Shown here: piece after piece, positions 50,852 to 64,000 of the stretch
How the letters are laid out: each line of letters starts with the position of its first letter
Position numbering within the stretch: the stretch's first letter is position 1
Assembly: GCF_004010195.1 (NCBI RefSeq)
Contig: NC_057753.1
Span: 13,381,979-13,445,978, forward strand
Direction: 5' to 3'
DNA: 64,000 nucleotides
DNA from: Chiloscyllium plagiosum
Taxonomy: Eukaryota
The notes under the pieces: model-generated
What the model was told of the DNA's origin: nothing
Databases searched by the model: none
What the model saw: only the letters and a program-made list of their open reading frames with translations
Program-made: the position numbers and the translations under genes

Positions 50852-53800
50852 GTCAGGGAGTCACTGAATATGACAGTGTGTCAGGCAAATGGTGAGATCA
50901 GGAGAGGATCTGAAACGGTTCCCGAATTCCCAGAAAATCGGATACTTTTTCATTTGAATACATAACTTTATTCGTTATAAATTTATTATTGCAATAAACT
51001 AAAGCTGTCCGTTTAGTGAATGAAAAGGGAATACATGATGTCATACCTTTTGGAATGTCTCGAAGTGTTCCACGTTTACTGCAATGAGCGATGTCGAAAA
51101 TGCAGCAACTAGTTACGTCCAACAAAATCCAAAGCATTTGGTGAGGGAAATAAAGATCGGTCACGTGATTCTGACCGGCCACGTGCATCGCTGGAGCAAC
51201 CTGAATAACATTAAACATTTTGTGCTGTATTGAGTACTGCCTCTGCATGCATGTTAACAGTTTCAAAATAGCGAGAGAGAGGTTCGTTGGTGCAGGATAA
51301 CGCAGACTTGCTTTCAAATACCAACCAGCAAGTGGGATATAGCTCCGATCTGAGCAACAAAAATCAAATAAACACACTCAATAATGGCAGATTAATGAGG
51401 CAAAGTGATTAGTGGAAATCTTATTCGCATGTGGTTTTTGCTTGCTGGGTTGTCTGGAAATGAACATTCTTCAACAAATACCTAAATTTGTTAATTGTTC
51501 CCAATCGTTCACACCTGATTATGTCAATTGTGTAAAGACGAAAGGATCCTGTCCTCCCTCTGGCGACATTTCAGTGAAACCGAATACTGTTACGACCACA
51601 AATTGCATTGGAGAAGGTGGAGGCGATCTGCCTCTTGGACTGCTGAGCTCTTTGAGATGGAAGGAAACTCACAGTGTTGTGAGCAAGGGTCCAGAAGTTT
51701 GACTCAGCGACAGTGAAATAATATATATACTGTTCTTGGTAATTTGGTGACCGAAAGTTGAGAGAAAGTTACAGGTGGTATTGTAACCCAAACATTCGGA
51801 ATTTTCGAATCGATTTTGTTTAGTCTTGGATATATGACTCCGCTGGGATTCTGTTTATTTAACTGCCTGGAAACTTATCCGTGATTGCAGAGGGTTTCCC
51901 TTTGGGTCATGAAACGAATGGACTGATACTGATACAAAAACGGGGGTTGCTGGAAACGCTCAATAGGTCTGGTGGCATCTGTGAAGAGAAATTAAAGTTT
52001 ATTTTTGTGTCTTGTGCCCTTTCCTCAGATTTGAGACAACATTATCAATACAACCCCTATTTGAAGACATCGTTTGGCTGGTGGTGGGAAGGGCAATACA
52101 TGCATGCATGGTCCGCCTGTGTCACCACAAACTGCCCTTGAAATGGCTGCCGAGGGTTTGAGATTAATACACATCTCCTTCTAGAATTTACCTTTGCCAA
52201 ATAGGTATGGAGGAAAATGCAATAATTTTGTTGAGGCTCGTCCTGAGCAATTTCATGGACGCTACGTTCTTTTCCCTCGGACACACGCCATTACAGGCAT
52301 CAATTACATCTTGCGGACCATCAAAGCATTGAAAGACACTATTTGGTCTGTCGAGCCTTGTTCATCTTCCAGAATGAGGAGTTGACCTCGATCGCTTGTT
52401 GCAGATTGAGATATTTTAATGATCAGGACTACATGCTGAAGTCCACATTTAAGATTGGGGCAGCTACTGCCAAGACATAGTGGGGAAAGACCATAGACTG
52501 AGGTCATCATGCTGAAGGGAAATGGGGGTACATTCAATTATCAGACTTTCCTAGTGTGTCAAATATATGTAAATAGTAGAGTTGTACATGCAGGAGAGGT
52601 CTGTGGCTTGTATTTAGTCAAACTGGAACGTTCTGTGTGTTTACTTGATATGCAACTTTGTAGAACTGAACAGTTTTTAGTTCAATGTATATACATGAAG
52701 GTATTGTTTTTTGAGTAAACTATATTTTTGAAATTAAAAGAAGTTCAATCGAAGCGTGATTATCGCTTATTGAAAACTTCACCCAATACCCTGCTGTGGC
52801 GACGTGAAATAAAGTCAAAAGTGTGGCACTGGAGACGCACAGCAGGTCAGGTAGATCTGGAGAGTCAAGGTTTCGAGCTTACGCTCTTCATCAGGAATAG
52901 TGAAGTCCTCACTATCTCCCCCGACATGAAGTAAAATCAATCATAGCAATTTCGAAGGTCTCTGCAAAGACTGCTTTTTATTTCGCCCTCCCAAAAAAAA
53001 TGAAGTTAAATCACAAAATGATAACACTGCAAAGGAATAGTACGGTGATGTAATCGTTGAGAAATATGCAATAACATCAGAAACAGCTACAGAGCTTCAA
53101 CAGATCTGGCAATATCTGTCAAGAGTGAAACAATGTTAACTTTTCGAGTCTGATATGACTCCTCTTCAGAACGTTTTGTTCGAGTGATATGTTCTCAGCG
53201 TTTGTCATAATGGTTGAGAGAACACACAGTTAATGCCGTGTTCTCCATGCTACTGAGGTGCATTTGTGAACATTGATTCCGCATAATCTGATCTCCCAAT
53301 ATTCACTATGCAGGTGCAAGTTGAAAGCCAGAGGCGTGACATTGACAATCATAATTTTATTGTTCCTCTCACAACTGTAAACTGTCCGCTTCTGAAATGG
53401 TTGCATTTTGCTCTTTCATGTCTAACTCCAACTTAGAAACGAAATATATCCCAGATCAACCGTTCCAGAAATATTACATTCAAAGGAACAAATAGATGTG
53501 ACATGAAATATCAATTTACAATGGACACTGAAGCCTGTCTTGTGAAAGTCCAAATAATTGTAGTAAACTGATTACCGATTTCTCAATGTTAAAGACATTT
53601 ACATGTATTAGTATCAAGCATCTCCAATATTTTTGGCGCCATGACATTGTTATCAAGACTGGAAGCTAATGAGCAAGCATCACTACAACAATAATCAATT
53701 ACAGAGGAATCGTAAGCTGCAGATACATGGAATAGCTAATGGATGATCAAAATCAGACTGAGGACAAACGCTAAATTGAAATATATCAGGAAGAATGAGA

Positions 53801-54207
53801 GATTTGCTTTTGGATATTGGACGCATCACATAGCATTGCTCTAAGTCAAGTTTCTGTTGTCACTTTATTCGGTGTCGTACGGAGTTCTGAAGCTGATGAT
53901 TCGTGATTTCTGGTGTGCACCTCCTTCACTGGCTGGAGCACAATGCCAGATATTTCTAACAGTAATTCTATGGCAATCACTTTCATTTACCCAATGGCAT
54001 AAATTCTCTAATCGCATGTTTGCATCTTATTCACTTGTATTAAACATAGAGTGAGAACACAGATCCCTCTCGGAGTCAGCACCCATTGACCTTTCGGTGT
54101 GAAATATATTTTTTAATTTGAACTTGGTTCATTCTGGTATTAAGGTAGGAAGTAAATGCTACTCTCGACTCGACTACCACACCTTGCACGTTGTTCCATT
54201 GGGGCGC

Positions 54208-54246
54208 TGTTATTGTACGAGGCTCAGCCTGGTTCCTGTCACTGTG
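54208..54246 (-). other. 23-RSS of V-A3
   Basis: CACAGTG-23 bp-ACAATAACA. Confidence 0.95.
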
Positions 54247-54760
54247 TCTCTCAGTCCGCAGTAATATACTGCGCTGTCAGACAGCTGCAGCTCATTGATG
54301 GTGAAATTCCCTTCATTTTTTGACTTGTCCAAAGATGCAAAAAATCGATCCGACACCCCGTCTCCTTTGATGGTACTGCCATAGCTGGTAACGTAGATTA
54401 AGAATGTTGGAGATTTCCCTGGGTCCTGACGGTACAGTTGCAAAGTATACGTGCTATCTGTGGTCGAATATCTGAAATGAATGGTTACTGAATCTCTTTC
54501 AAATTGTATCGTTGTAACTGGCTTCTGTGAGATCGAATCGGCACAATTAATACCTGTGCAAATATAGAAAGAAAGTGACATTAAAATGACGATCACTATG
54601 AATGTTACCGAGTCAACGCATATACTGTAATAGAGGGAAACACAGACAAATCGAAAATTACTATAGATATTTTAACACAAGACAATATTTTAGAACTCAG
54701 AAACTTGCCTTTTAAGAACATTGTAGTAGTGAGAAATGAGTAAATAATAACAGTCGACAT
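54247..54760 (-). CDS. TCR V family A copy 3 (leader 54709-54760, V exon 54247-54553)
   Basis: Open leader and V; donor AG|GCAAGT; Cys23->Phe, Trp41->Leu. Confidence 0.9.
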
Positions 54761-55795
54761 GTTTGCAAAGCAGATGGTGGGTGAGAACAAAGAAAATTGA
54801 AGCTGATTTTTTTCAGCTGGCAGTAAATGGCCTGTCATATCCGGTCTCGCTGCTGAATGGTTCAGAATCACCATATATCGCCCAATCAGCTAACAGCTGC
54901 TTTGTTCTCCAGTCCATGACGTCAACATGTTGTCCATGGGAAGTCCGGTGCGAAATGAAGGAGGCCGTTTGCTCCGTTCAACCTGCTCCACTCGTGATCA
55001 AAATGATCCACATCATTTCCAACTTCTGGCAGACTACTCAATTCACATCTGTCCTTATTGATTCATGAATCTATCAATGTCGACGCAAAATATACTCCAC
55101 GCCAGGGCGAGCTGATCACTGAATAAACCTGACAGCAGCACTAACTTCAATTCTCCTCTTTAACAAAGTCAGCCCTGCACAATAGTGCTTAATATTTAAT
55201 GCTGATTGCATTTAAGAGAAAGGAGGTTCTGCTGTAATTGTACAAGATGTCGGTGAGGCCGCACCCGGAGTAATGTGCGCAGTTCTGATCTCCTTACTTG
55301 AGGAAAGATTTACTGGCTTTGGAGGCGGTGGCCTCAAGATTAGGGCAAGTGGATTTAGGATTGAGAAAAGGAGGAACCGCTTTTCCCAGAGACAGTGGAA
55401 TTCCCTGCCAAAGGAAGCAGTGGAGGCAGCTTCACTAAATTTATTCAAGACACATTTGAATGAGTTTTTGCATATTTGGGAAAATAAGGGTTATGGGGAT
55501 AATGCAGGTCAGAAGAGCCGAGACAATGGATAGATCTGAATGAATGGTGAAGCGGGCTCGATGGGTCAAATGGGTCAAATGCTTCTTCTATTACTATGTA
55601 CCATCCGCGGGCACAGCGATATAAGAAGGTTTCATGTAGAAAAACGCACAATGTGAATTGCAGAAAGAGTTATCTTGGGACAACAGATGATTGTCGTTTC
55701 GTTTCCAATATCTTATCAGTTGACAATTCAGCGACATATCAGAAATGTGGCTTAGGATACAGGTAGGGAAAGGAGGGTCATGAGTGTGTCTGGCT

Positions 55796-55834
55796 AGTTT
55801 CTGTATGGACTGACTGCAACTCTTTATCAGCGTG
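55796..55834 (-). other. 23-RSS of V-B3
   Basis: CACGCTG-23 bp-ACAGAAACT. Confidence 0.85.
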
Positions 55835-56269
55835 AGACTCAGCGCACAGTGGTAGACGGCAGAGTCAGATACATGAGCAACAGTGATATTTAAAGGAAAT
55901 ATTTTCCGTTTTTTGTCCAGAGTAGAAGAGAACCTGTCAGAGAAAGCTGGAGACGTCTGTCCTTCTTCCTTGTTGAATCTTTTCAGCAAATATCCCGGAG
56001 CTTCTCCGGGATATTGGATGTACCAAAAGAGCACTGGAGCAGTGTACTGTGCTGTGTAATTACAGTTGAGGATTACAGTCTCTCCTTCCTGAACCGTTTT
56101 TTCAAGTGGATCCTGGGAAACTGAATCTTGGCCGCTCGAACCTGCAACAGAAATAATGAAGTTGTCAAAAATGTGAAGGACGAACTGGCGAAGTGCATAT
56201 TGATGATTTTAGGTCAAACTTACCTGACACCACTGTCATTATTATCAGTAAAGCACATAAAAAGCACAT
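55835..56269 (-). CDS. TCR V family B copy 3 (leader 56224-56269, V exon 55835-56141)
   Basis: Open V with canonical Cys/Trp/Cys and a GT-AG intron. Confidence 0.93.
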
Positions 56270-56435
56270 GTTTAGGTTCAGCAGTAAACAACGCACTTTT
56301 CAAAATATTTGACCTTCCGATCGTACATGCGGGACTGAACCCTGATCAGAAACAACCTTCACTTTCTGGACAAGTGAGACATTTGTTCCCTTGATCCAAA
56401 TGGGTGGTTTCTCATATCTGACGTCAACAGTGGAC

Positions 56436-57614
56436 CAATCACAGTTAATACAGGACCAAATAGAGCTGACTCTATCCAATCTCTTCCCTGGCTGTCTTGC
56501 TCACGCCGTTCCTCCTACTCATACTTTCAGCCGTTATATCGTCTTCCACCATTACACTATATTTTCGGCAGCAATCGATCAGGCACTCTTGATAGAGGTA
56601 GATCTTTCTCTGTAGGTGAGGTGAAAGGTGAAAAAGTTCAAAATTGTTTTATTACTCAGGTCTCAATCAATCTGCGCAGCCAATGTCCACAGTGAAGCTG
56701 AGCGAGGAAATGACAAGCAGTTACCTACCTGGAATCTGAGTTGTGGTGCTAGTGGGGCTCATTGTGTTTTGGCAGTTTGCTGACTTCAAACAGAAATAAT
56801 TTTCATCCCATGCAGTTTAAAATTTTCACTGCATCAAAAACCCCACCAACCAGATTCAGATGACATCAGTTTTCAAAGACAGTTTTTAGAAGTGAAAATT
56901 GATTACGTTACTTACAGAGGACATGATGAATTGCAATAAAATAACGTCATTCGCCCTTGAGAACTGCTTCCGAAAATGAATTTGATGCAAACATAAGAGC
57001 AATGACACACACACACACACACAGACACGCAATCACAGTTAATACAGGACCAAATAGAGCTGACTCTATCCAATCTCTTCCCTGGCTGTCTTGCTCACGC
57101 CGTTCCTCCTACTCATACTTTCAGCCGTTATATCGTCTTCCACCATTACACTATATTTTCGGCAGCAATCGATCAGGCACTCTTGATAGAGGTAGATCTT
57201 TCTCTGTAGGTGAGGTGAAAGGTGAAAAAGTTCAAAATTGTTTTATTACTCAGGTCTCAATCAATCTGCGCAGCCAATGTCCACAGTGAAGCTGAGCGAG
57301 GAAATGACAAGCATTTGAGTTGTGGTGCTAGTGGGGCTCATTGTGTTTTGGCAGTTTGCTGACTTCAAACAGAAACAATTTTCATCCCATGCATTTTAAA
57401 ATTTTCACTGCATCAAAAACCCCACCAACCAGGTTCAGATGACATCAGTTTTCAAAGACAGTTTTTAGAAGTGAAAATTGATTACGTTACTTACAGAGGA
57501 CATGATGAATTGCAAAAGAATGACGTCATTCGCCCTTGAGAACTGCTTCCGAAAATGAATTTGATGCAAACATAAGAGCAATGACACACACACACACACA
57601 CACACAGACACGCA
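56436..57614. repeat. Recent ~590-bp tandem duplication upstream of V-B3
   Basis: 56436-57029 is repeated near-identically from 57030. Confidence 0.92.
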
Positions 57615-59069
57615 AACAAACAGGCAATATGGAGTGATTCATCGCTCAAGGTAGCACAGTATGCGTTAATCAGCAGGAGAATACTTGGGCATGAATAACC
57701 TTAAGCCATTGGACTTCATGATGTTTGGAGACAATGCCGAGGATTGTGAGGGCAACTCCCTCCTGACTGCATGCAATGGCCTGGTTACCTCAGCTCAATC
57801 TGTCCTGCCGGTGGGATGGGACATACACAGGGATGGTGACCGTTGTGTCTCAGATGTTGTCTATCAGATATAATTCTATTGTTATGAGTTTGTCAGGCTG
57901 TTGCTTGACGAGTCTGTTAGACAGCTCTCCAACTTTGGCACCACTTCACAGATGTTCGTAAGGACAACTTCGCAGAGTCCACATTACTTTTTCTGCAGTT
58001 ATTTTTTTTTCTGACGCCATGTGGATCATACCATTGCATGTCTTTGATGAGAATTCAAAGAGATTGATAGACGTGGGCGGCACGGTGGCTCAGTAGTTCG
58101 CACTGCTGCCTCGCAGCACGAGGGACCGACATTCGATTCTAGCCTTGGGCGACTGTCTGTGTGGAGTTCGCACATTCCCCCGTGTTTGCGTGGGTTTCTT
58201 CCACGTGCTCTGGTTTCCTCCCAATATCCGAATATGTGCAGGCGAGGTGAATTGGTCATGCTAAAACTATACATAGTGCTCAGGGATGTGTAGATAGGGT
58301 TCGTCAGGGGAGATGTAGAGTTATTGGGTTGAGTCTGGGTGGGTAACTCTTCGGTGGGTAGTGTGGACTTGTTGGGGTAAATGGCCCGTTTTCACACTGC
58401 AGCGATTCTATGATATCTATGAATAGAGTAGCTTGTTACACTAGTGTTGTGGGTCTGTAGTCGCATATGCGCCAGACCAGGAGAGGGTAGAGGATTTCCG
58501 GAAGTACATTATTGAATCACGTCAATCAATCGACAATGTTGTCATGGTCATTGTTAGATTCTTAGTTCCGAATGTTTAATTTTATTCATATCAAATTTCA
58601 CCATCTACTTTGGTGGGAGACGAATCCTGTTGCTAGGAACATTAACTGACTCTCTGGAATAATAACACAGCGATAATACGAATAGGGTTTCTCCACCTAC
58701 TTTTATAAACTTTCTCCAAAGTTTTTCTTTTCAAACATACTTCCCATTTTCTTTTGAAAGTTCCCATTGAAGTTTTATTGGTCATCATTTCAGCTAATTC
58801 TTTCCAGTTCATTTTAATTCATGAGAAGGAATGAGCATATCTCAAAGGTCAGTGTGTAGGATGCACATAACACGACAAAAGGAAATTCTTGGACACAATG
58901 CATGTACTTCTTTATCTCGTATTCAAACTATTATCATTATTAAAGAACTTCACAGATGCATTTCACTTGCACTTCCACCTGCAATTTTACGACAGAGTTC
59001 ATCTAACTGCTTTCAAGTGTGTTTTTGCCCACCGATCAGGACGGTAATACAAAGGGGTGCAACTGTTGG

Positions 59070-59585
59070 AGAATGTTGTGTAACTTGAAAGGGTTCAGAA
59101 AAGATTTTCACGGATGTTGCCAGGGTTAGAGGATTTGAGTTATAGGGAGAGACCGAACAGGCTGGGGATGTTTTCCCGGACGCGTCAGAGGCTGAGGGGT
59201 GACCTTATAGAGGTCTACAAAATTATGAGGGACATGGATAGGGTAAATAGGCAAAGTCACTTCCCTGTGATATGGGAGTCCAGAACTTAAGGGCATAGGT
59301 TTAGGGGAGAGGGGAAAGATATAAAAGAGACCTAGAGGGCAACGTTTTGACACAGAGGATATGTATGGAATGAGTTGCCAGAGGAAGCGGTGGAGGCTAG
59401 TACAATTTCAACATTTAAGAGACATTTGGATGGGTAGATGAATAGTAAGGGTTTTTCGAGGGATATGGCCCGGGTGCTGGCAAGTGGGTGCTAACAAGAT
59501 TGGGATATCTTGTTAGCATGCGCAGGTTGGACCGAAGGGCCTATTTCCATCCAGTGCATCTCTATGACTCTATGATTATGACTCT
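59070..59585 (+). mobile_element. CR1 3' fragment inserted only in unit 4
   Basis: Similar to 36647-37255; (tctatgac)n tail; absent at ~15905 and ~41930. Confidence 0.85.
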
Positions 59586-59771
59586 AATAATGAAGTGCCG
59601 TTTTCAAACTGGAAACTTAAACCTGACACTTTATTTTCAGTGAGGAACAAATCACAAACACAACCATCTATGTGTTTCAGATCTCCAGCATCCAAGATTA
59701 CGTTTCATATTATGAATGCAACCACAGCCTTCCTGAGAAAGGAATTTAAACTCATCAAGAAGTTTGACAAG

Positions 59772-59932
59772 CATTCACAGCAGGGAGACACTATGCTCAG
59801 CATATGTGCAGTCATGGATTCAATCACCTCCTGAGCAGACACAAAGACGACGTTGTCAAGGAGGAACCATGAATATGTGAGGATTGTAGCAAGGGATTCA
59901 ATTACCCATCCTAGCTGGAAACCCATTAACGA
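59772..59932 (+). pseudogene. C2H2 zinc-finger gene relic
   Basis: EEP*ICEDCSKGFNYPS*LETH*R. Confidence 0.72.
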
Positions 59933-62132
59933 AATTTGTGGGAGATGAATATCTGGAGTTCGTTATGAACTTTTCTGAAGCAAAACGTAAAAGGACCAAA
60001 TCAAAATCAGCTATTTTTAGGTTTAGCATTGGTTAAAGACAGAGAAAAATTCATAGTGTTGTACCTGCCATACAGGGTGTTGAAGTTCTTCTATTCAGCA
60101 AAAGAACCGTGAGTCGACTCTTACAGAAAATGATATGTGTTTATTGGACACAATTAATATGAGAACCATAAACTATCAAAAAAAAACAACGACATATCTT
60201 ATGATTTGATTTAACTTTGTCCATTCGTATACCCCCACATTCAAACTTGGCCAGGCTCCATGTCATGATGCCTTCCTTCACTTCCGATGTCTTGAAGGTG
60301 TCTTCTCCTTCGGTGGTTATTATCGAGTTACCATCCTGAGTGTGATTTTGTGGTGACTGCTCTCCTTCCTAGTTTTCACGCCTTTTTGGGAGGGTGTTGA
60401 GGATCTTCCAACGGATTATTCGGGTTCGATTACCCTGAAGTATCAGACCCAACCAGGTGTTGGCGCGTTGATGTCAGGTTGGCCCTTAGGCATCCAATAT
60501 GGTATATGCTGGGTGCACGTAACCTCCTCCAAATAAGTGTGCCAGGCGCCTCTCTCTCCAGCAAATCATTCACTACTTCAAAATGTCCCCGAGGGTGGCA
60601 TTCCATTGTTGCATTCAACTCAAACTTCAGGTGTGTGTTGCAGGGTCTGCAGCTCTCAGGTTGGTATGCAAACCATCTGTGGGCACCTGTAACCTGTCTG
60701 GATTCTGCAGTATGTGGATGAGCACCGTCACTATAGTCAAGGCAGAGTTCGATTTCCCAGGATGCTTTAATCATTGTTCATCTTTTCTAACTCTATGTTA
60801 AATGCATTAGTGTCCACCATAAATATATTATTTCAGGTGACGCTTCAGGCCGTAATAACCTTGCTCTTCAGAGGTGTTGTTGAATACAGAACGTAATGTT
60901 GTGCAATTTTTAATCTAGTTCCAAAGTGGCATCATTCATTCTGGAAATAGACTCTGAAACCTGAACAATGGAAACTATGAAAATTGGAGTTGGAAAATGC
61001 TAATGATGGACTGCCAAAATACACAGAATGATTTGGAAGTACACAGGCAGTACTGAGTGTTTGAAGAGCTATTATATAGTCTGTAATTATTATTTGTTGT
61101 ACGAAAATAGAAACATGTAGTTGGAAAATAATTCAACTGTGGCTAACGAAAGATTGAAAATACCCACGCTGTACGCTTTGCAAGGCCGCAAGAAACAGAG
61201 AAGTGAAAGGATTGAAAGCAATTTAAAATTAAAGGAAGGATGACCAAAAGACCGATTAAAGGGGAAAAGGGAAGATGCATGGAATCTCAGATGAATCATA
61301 AATTTAGACTGTAGAAGTTCCTTACATCGATGAAATGCAGAAAAACACAAAAACAAACTGAATTGACACCTGCATCAGCTGCAATATTCACTGTCTTATC
61401 ACTAATGCACAGCTGCAGAAGTGTGGCTGCAACATGCATTGCAGTAATTCGCCAAGTGTCCTGCAACAGAACCTTCTCATTCCCGCTACCCCTTAGAAAG
61501 ACAAACACAGTAGATGCATGGGGCCACTTCACTCTCAGGCCATACTCGGCATGACTTGGATCACTTGGTCAGGACTCTGGAAATCTCTTGCTAACAATAA
61601 TGTAGGTGCCCCAACTCAGCAAGTAGTGTAGACATTCAAGAAGGCAGGTCACCAACACGTTTTACCTCACAGTTCGGTTTGGTCAAAGCAGCTCTCCCTG
61701 GTTCTCTGTGCTGAAAGTGATACAATGCCACCCTCTGCTGGCGGCTGCACACCACTGCAATGGCAGAGTGGAAAAATCGTTGGGGATTGTGCCAGAGGAA
61801 TGGCAGCAACGCATTGCATTTTTCAAATGAACAACAGCATCTGCTCGCACACTTATTCAGAGTGTGCGCGACAGGCGTGATCAGTGTGAAACATTGTGTA
61901 CCACCTTCAGCAAATGTGCCTGGAGAAACAGATGAAGAAGCAACAAGTCCAACAACCAGAAGCGTCAAAACAGCGAATGCCAGCCCAGTTTTTGCTGTCA
62001 CCCGTAACACAAATCTTCTGTGTGCCTGGTTTCCCTGCACTAAAGGAATACAGGGTGGTAGTTGTTCATGGCAGTAAGTCTTGCAACCGATTGAATTATA
62101 TATCATTCGTTCATAATTTTTAACCTGCATCT

Positions 62133-62225
62133 AGAATATATTCATTTTTTATGAATACTAATTTATGTTAAGTACAGAAATATATTCATTTTTTATGAAT
62201 AGTAATTTATGTTAAGTACAGAAAT
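62133..62225. repeat. ~44-bp tandem duplication
   Basis: aatatattcattttttatgaata(c/g)taatttatgttaagtacaga occurs twice. Confidence 0.85.
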
Positions 62226-64000
62226 TCGCCGGGCTCTCTGTTAATTTGGGAATAAAGGACAGGTAAATCCGGAAGTTTGTGAACTTTGTTACACTACTGA
62301 ACTTTTGGGATACCTCCAGGAACTGTAGGTCATACAGCTGTGCAGGGATTCCAATCATCCAGCTGTATTCAGAAATGTAAATATTTAAATTTCTTCTGTC
62401 CTGGGAAATCCTTCTAAATTAGATCATTGAGTCCAGGCAACATGCGTGCAAATTTCTTCTTCACTGTTCCATTTTAATAAATCTGTATTTGCATCAATAT
62501 CCATAACAATTAAATGAGATTCCCGATTTCCTAAATATACTGACTACGCTTCAAAAAGTCAGTTTTTGAGCGACACTCCGGCGCCTGGAATGTGTTATCC
62601 TTCTGCCTGAAAAGTATTTCGGATGTATCCATCCCTCAGTTACGGTGAAGACATTCAGAATCAGTTCGAGACATCTCTCAAGTGAAGATCACTGCATTTT
62701 GAGGAACGACATTCCCACGACTCACAATGCTCTGACAGACAACTTTTCCCTCGTCTCTGATTGAGAAATGGAGAGAGTCATAGAGTCCTACAGCACGGAA
62801 ACATGTCCTCTGACTGAAATGGTCCATGACGTCTGTCCATGCTAGCATCATTTTCCTGCACTTGGCCCATATCCTTCTAATCCGTTCCTATCCATGTACC
62901 TACTGAAATTCCCTTTAAATATTGTGAATGTACTTGCCTCAATCGCTTCCACTGGCACGTCATTCCACATGCGTACCACCATCTGTGTTAAAAATGTTGC
63001 CCTTAGGTTTCCCTTTTATTCATTCTGCTTAGACTGACGCCCTCTAATTCTTGATTCCCCAAACCTGGGGAAAAGATTGAGTTCATTCACACTGTTCATG
63101 CCTCTCATGGTCTTATACACCTCGATAAGATCCACACGCTCATCCCCGTTCCCCTCAGTCTCCTACACACTTAAAGATATAAGTCCTAGTTTGTCCAACC
63201 AGTCCTTCGAAATTGACCATTGAGTGCAGGAAACATGCTAGTAACTTCCTTCTGCACTCTTTCCATTTTAATAAATCCTTCACATAGCAAGGTGACCATA
63301 CTGAGCACAATACCCGAAGTACGGCCTCACCATCTCCTGTACAATTGCAATGTAACTTCGCAATTTCTATACTCAATTCCCTGACTGATGAAGGCTTGTG
63401 TGCCAAACGCTATTTCACTGTCCTGTCTAACTGGGAGTTTCAGACAACCGTGCACTGGAACACAAATGTCTGTCTGTTGCACTACACTCCTTAAGGCACT
63501 ACTATCCATCACGAAGCTCTTGCTTTTAACCAGCTTTCCAAAATGCAAGGCCTCATACTTACATGCACCAAATTCCATTTGCCATTTCGGGCCCAGGTCC
63601 CCAGCTGATCAAGGTTCTGCTGTAATTTCTTACAACCTTCCTCACTGTCCACGATGCCTCCAATTTTAGTGTCATCTACAAACTTACTGTTCATACCTTG
63701 TACATTCTCATTCAAATCATTGATATCAGAACATTGATATCAGAACATGAGCTGCTTATAAATGAATGTGATTAAACTATAGCCCCTCGTTCTAGTACTT
63801 CATGAATATGAGAAAGTAGCCCTTGAAAAACTCCCAATCGGAGCCCTCTTTATAAAATATGATGCTTTCTGAAATGCCTGCTGCTTTGATTCGAGAGCAG
63901 GTGGTGGAAATATATGATCTTATTCAGAAGTCAGCAACAAGCAGAGAGGTTTGACACTGTACTTCTTTCAACATCTAACCAGAAATAATTTCTGTTGCAC

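Larger units (their letters stand above)
9495..64000. repeat. Tandem segmental array of a four-V cassette (units start ~9495, ~28596, ~36603, ~53441)
   Basis: Collinear recurrence of V genes, promoters, zinc-finger relic and old LINE/SINE fragments; the anchor gaaatatatcccag (one variant) recurs at each unit start. Confidence 0.93.

Noticed and set aside
54247-54760. Gene-conversion mosaicism of A3 between A1 and A2
   Set aside because: Shared sites are interspersed and equally explained by lineage-specific mutations; needs a formal recombination test.
1-64000. D, J, C segments, 12-RSS, NAR-TCR or IgH-like V cassettes
   Set aside because: None found by eye; every RSS seen is a V-flanking 23-RSS. 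An RSS scan would be needed to exclude isolated D segments.
1-64000. CRISPR arrays or prokaryotic systems
   Set aside because: The sequence is vertebrate and has no repeat-spacer arrays.

Overview
Vertebrate genomic DNA, very probably a cartilaginous fish (shark-type tRNA-derived SINEs, CR1 LINEs, Penelope-like elements, a GPR139-like receptor). It is the V-segment region of a T-cell receptor alpha/delta-type locus. From ~9.5 kb to the end it is a tandem array of a ~17-19 kb cassette carrying four V families: A and B on the minus strand, C and D on the plus strand. Units start near 9495, 28596, 36603 and 53441; unit 2 has lost A and B, and unit 4 runs off the window. I count 12 open V segments, each with a leader and a 23-bp-spacer RSS, plus 3 decayed V pseudogenes, a V fragment, a GPR139-like GPCR pseudogene, C2H2 zinc-finger relics and many retroelements. 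No D, J or C segments were seen. Most notable: family A lacks the canonical first Cys and Trp in all three copies yet stays open and CDR-diversified; family C has leader and V in one apparent exon; a SINE insertion carries a copy of the adjacent V; and palindromic Penelope-like inserts carry hammerhead ribozyme cores. All translations and alignments were done by eye.
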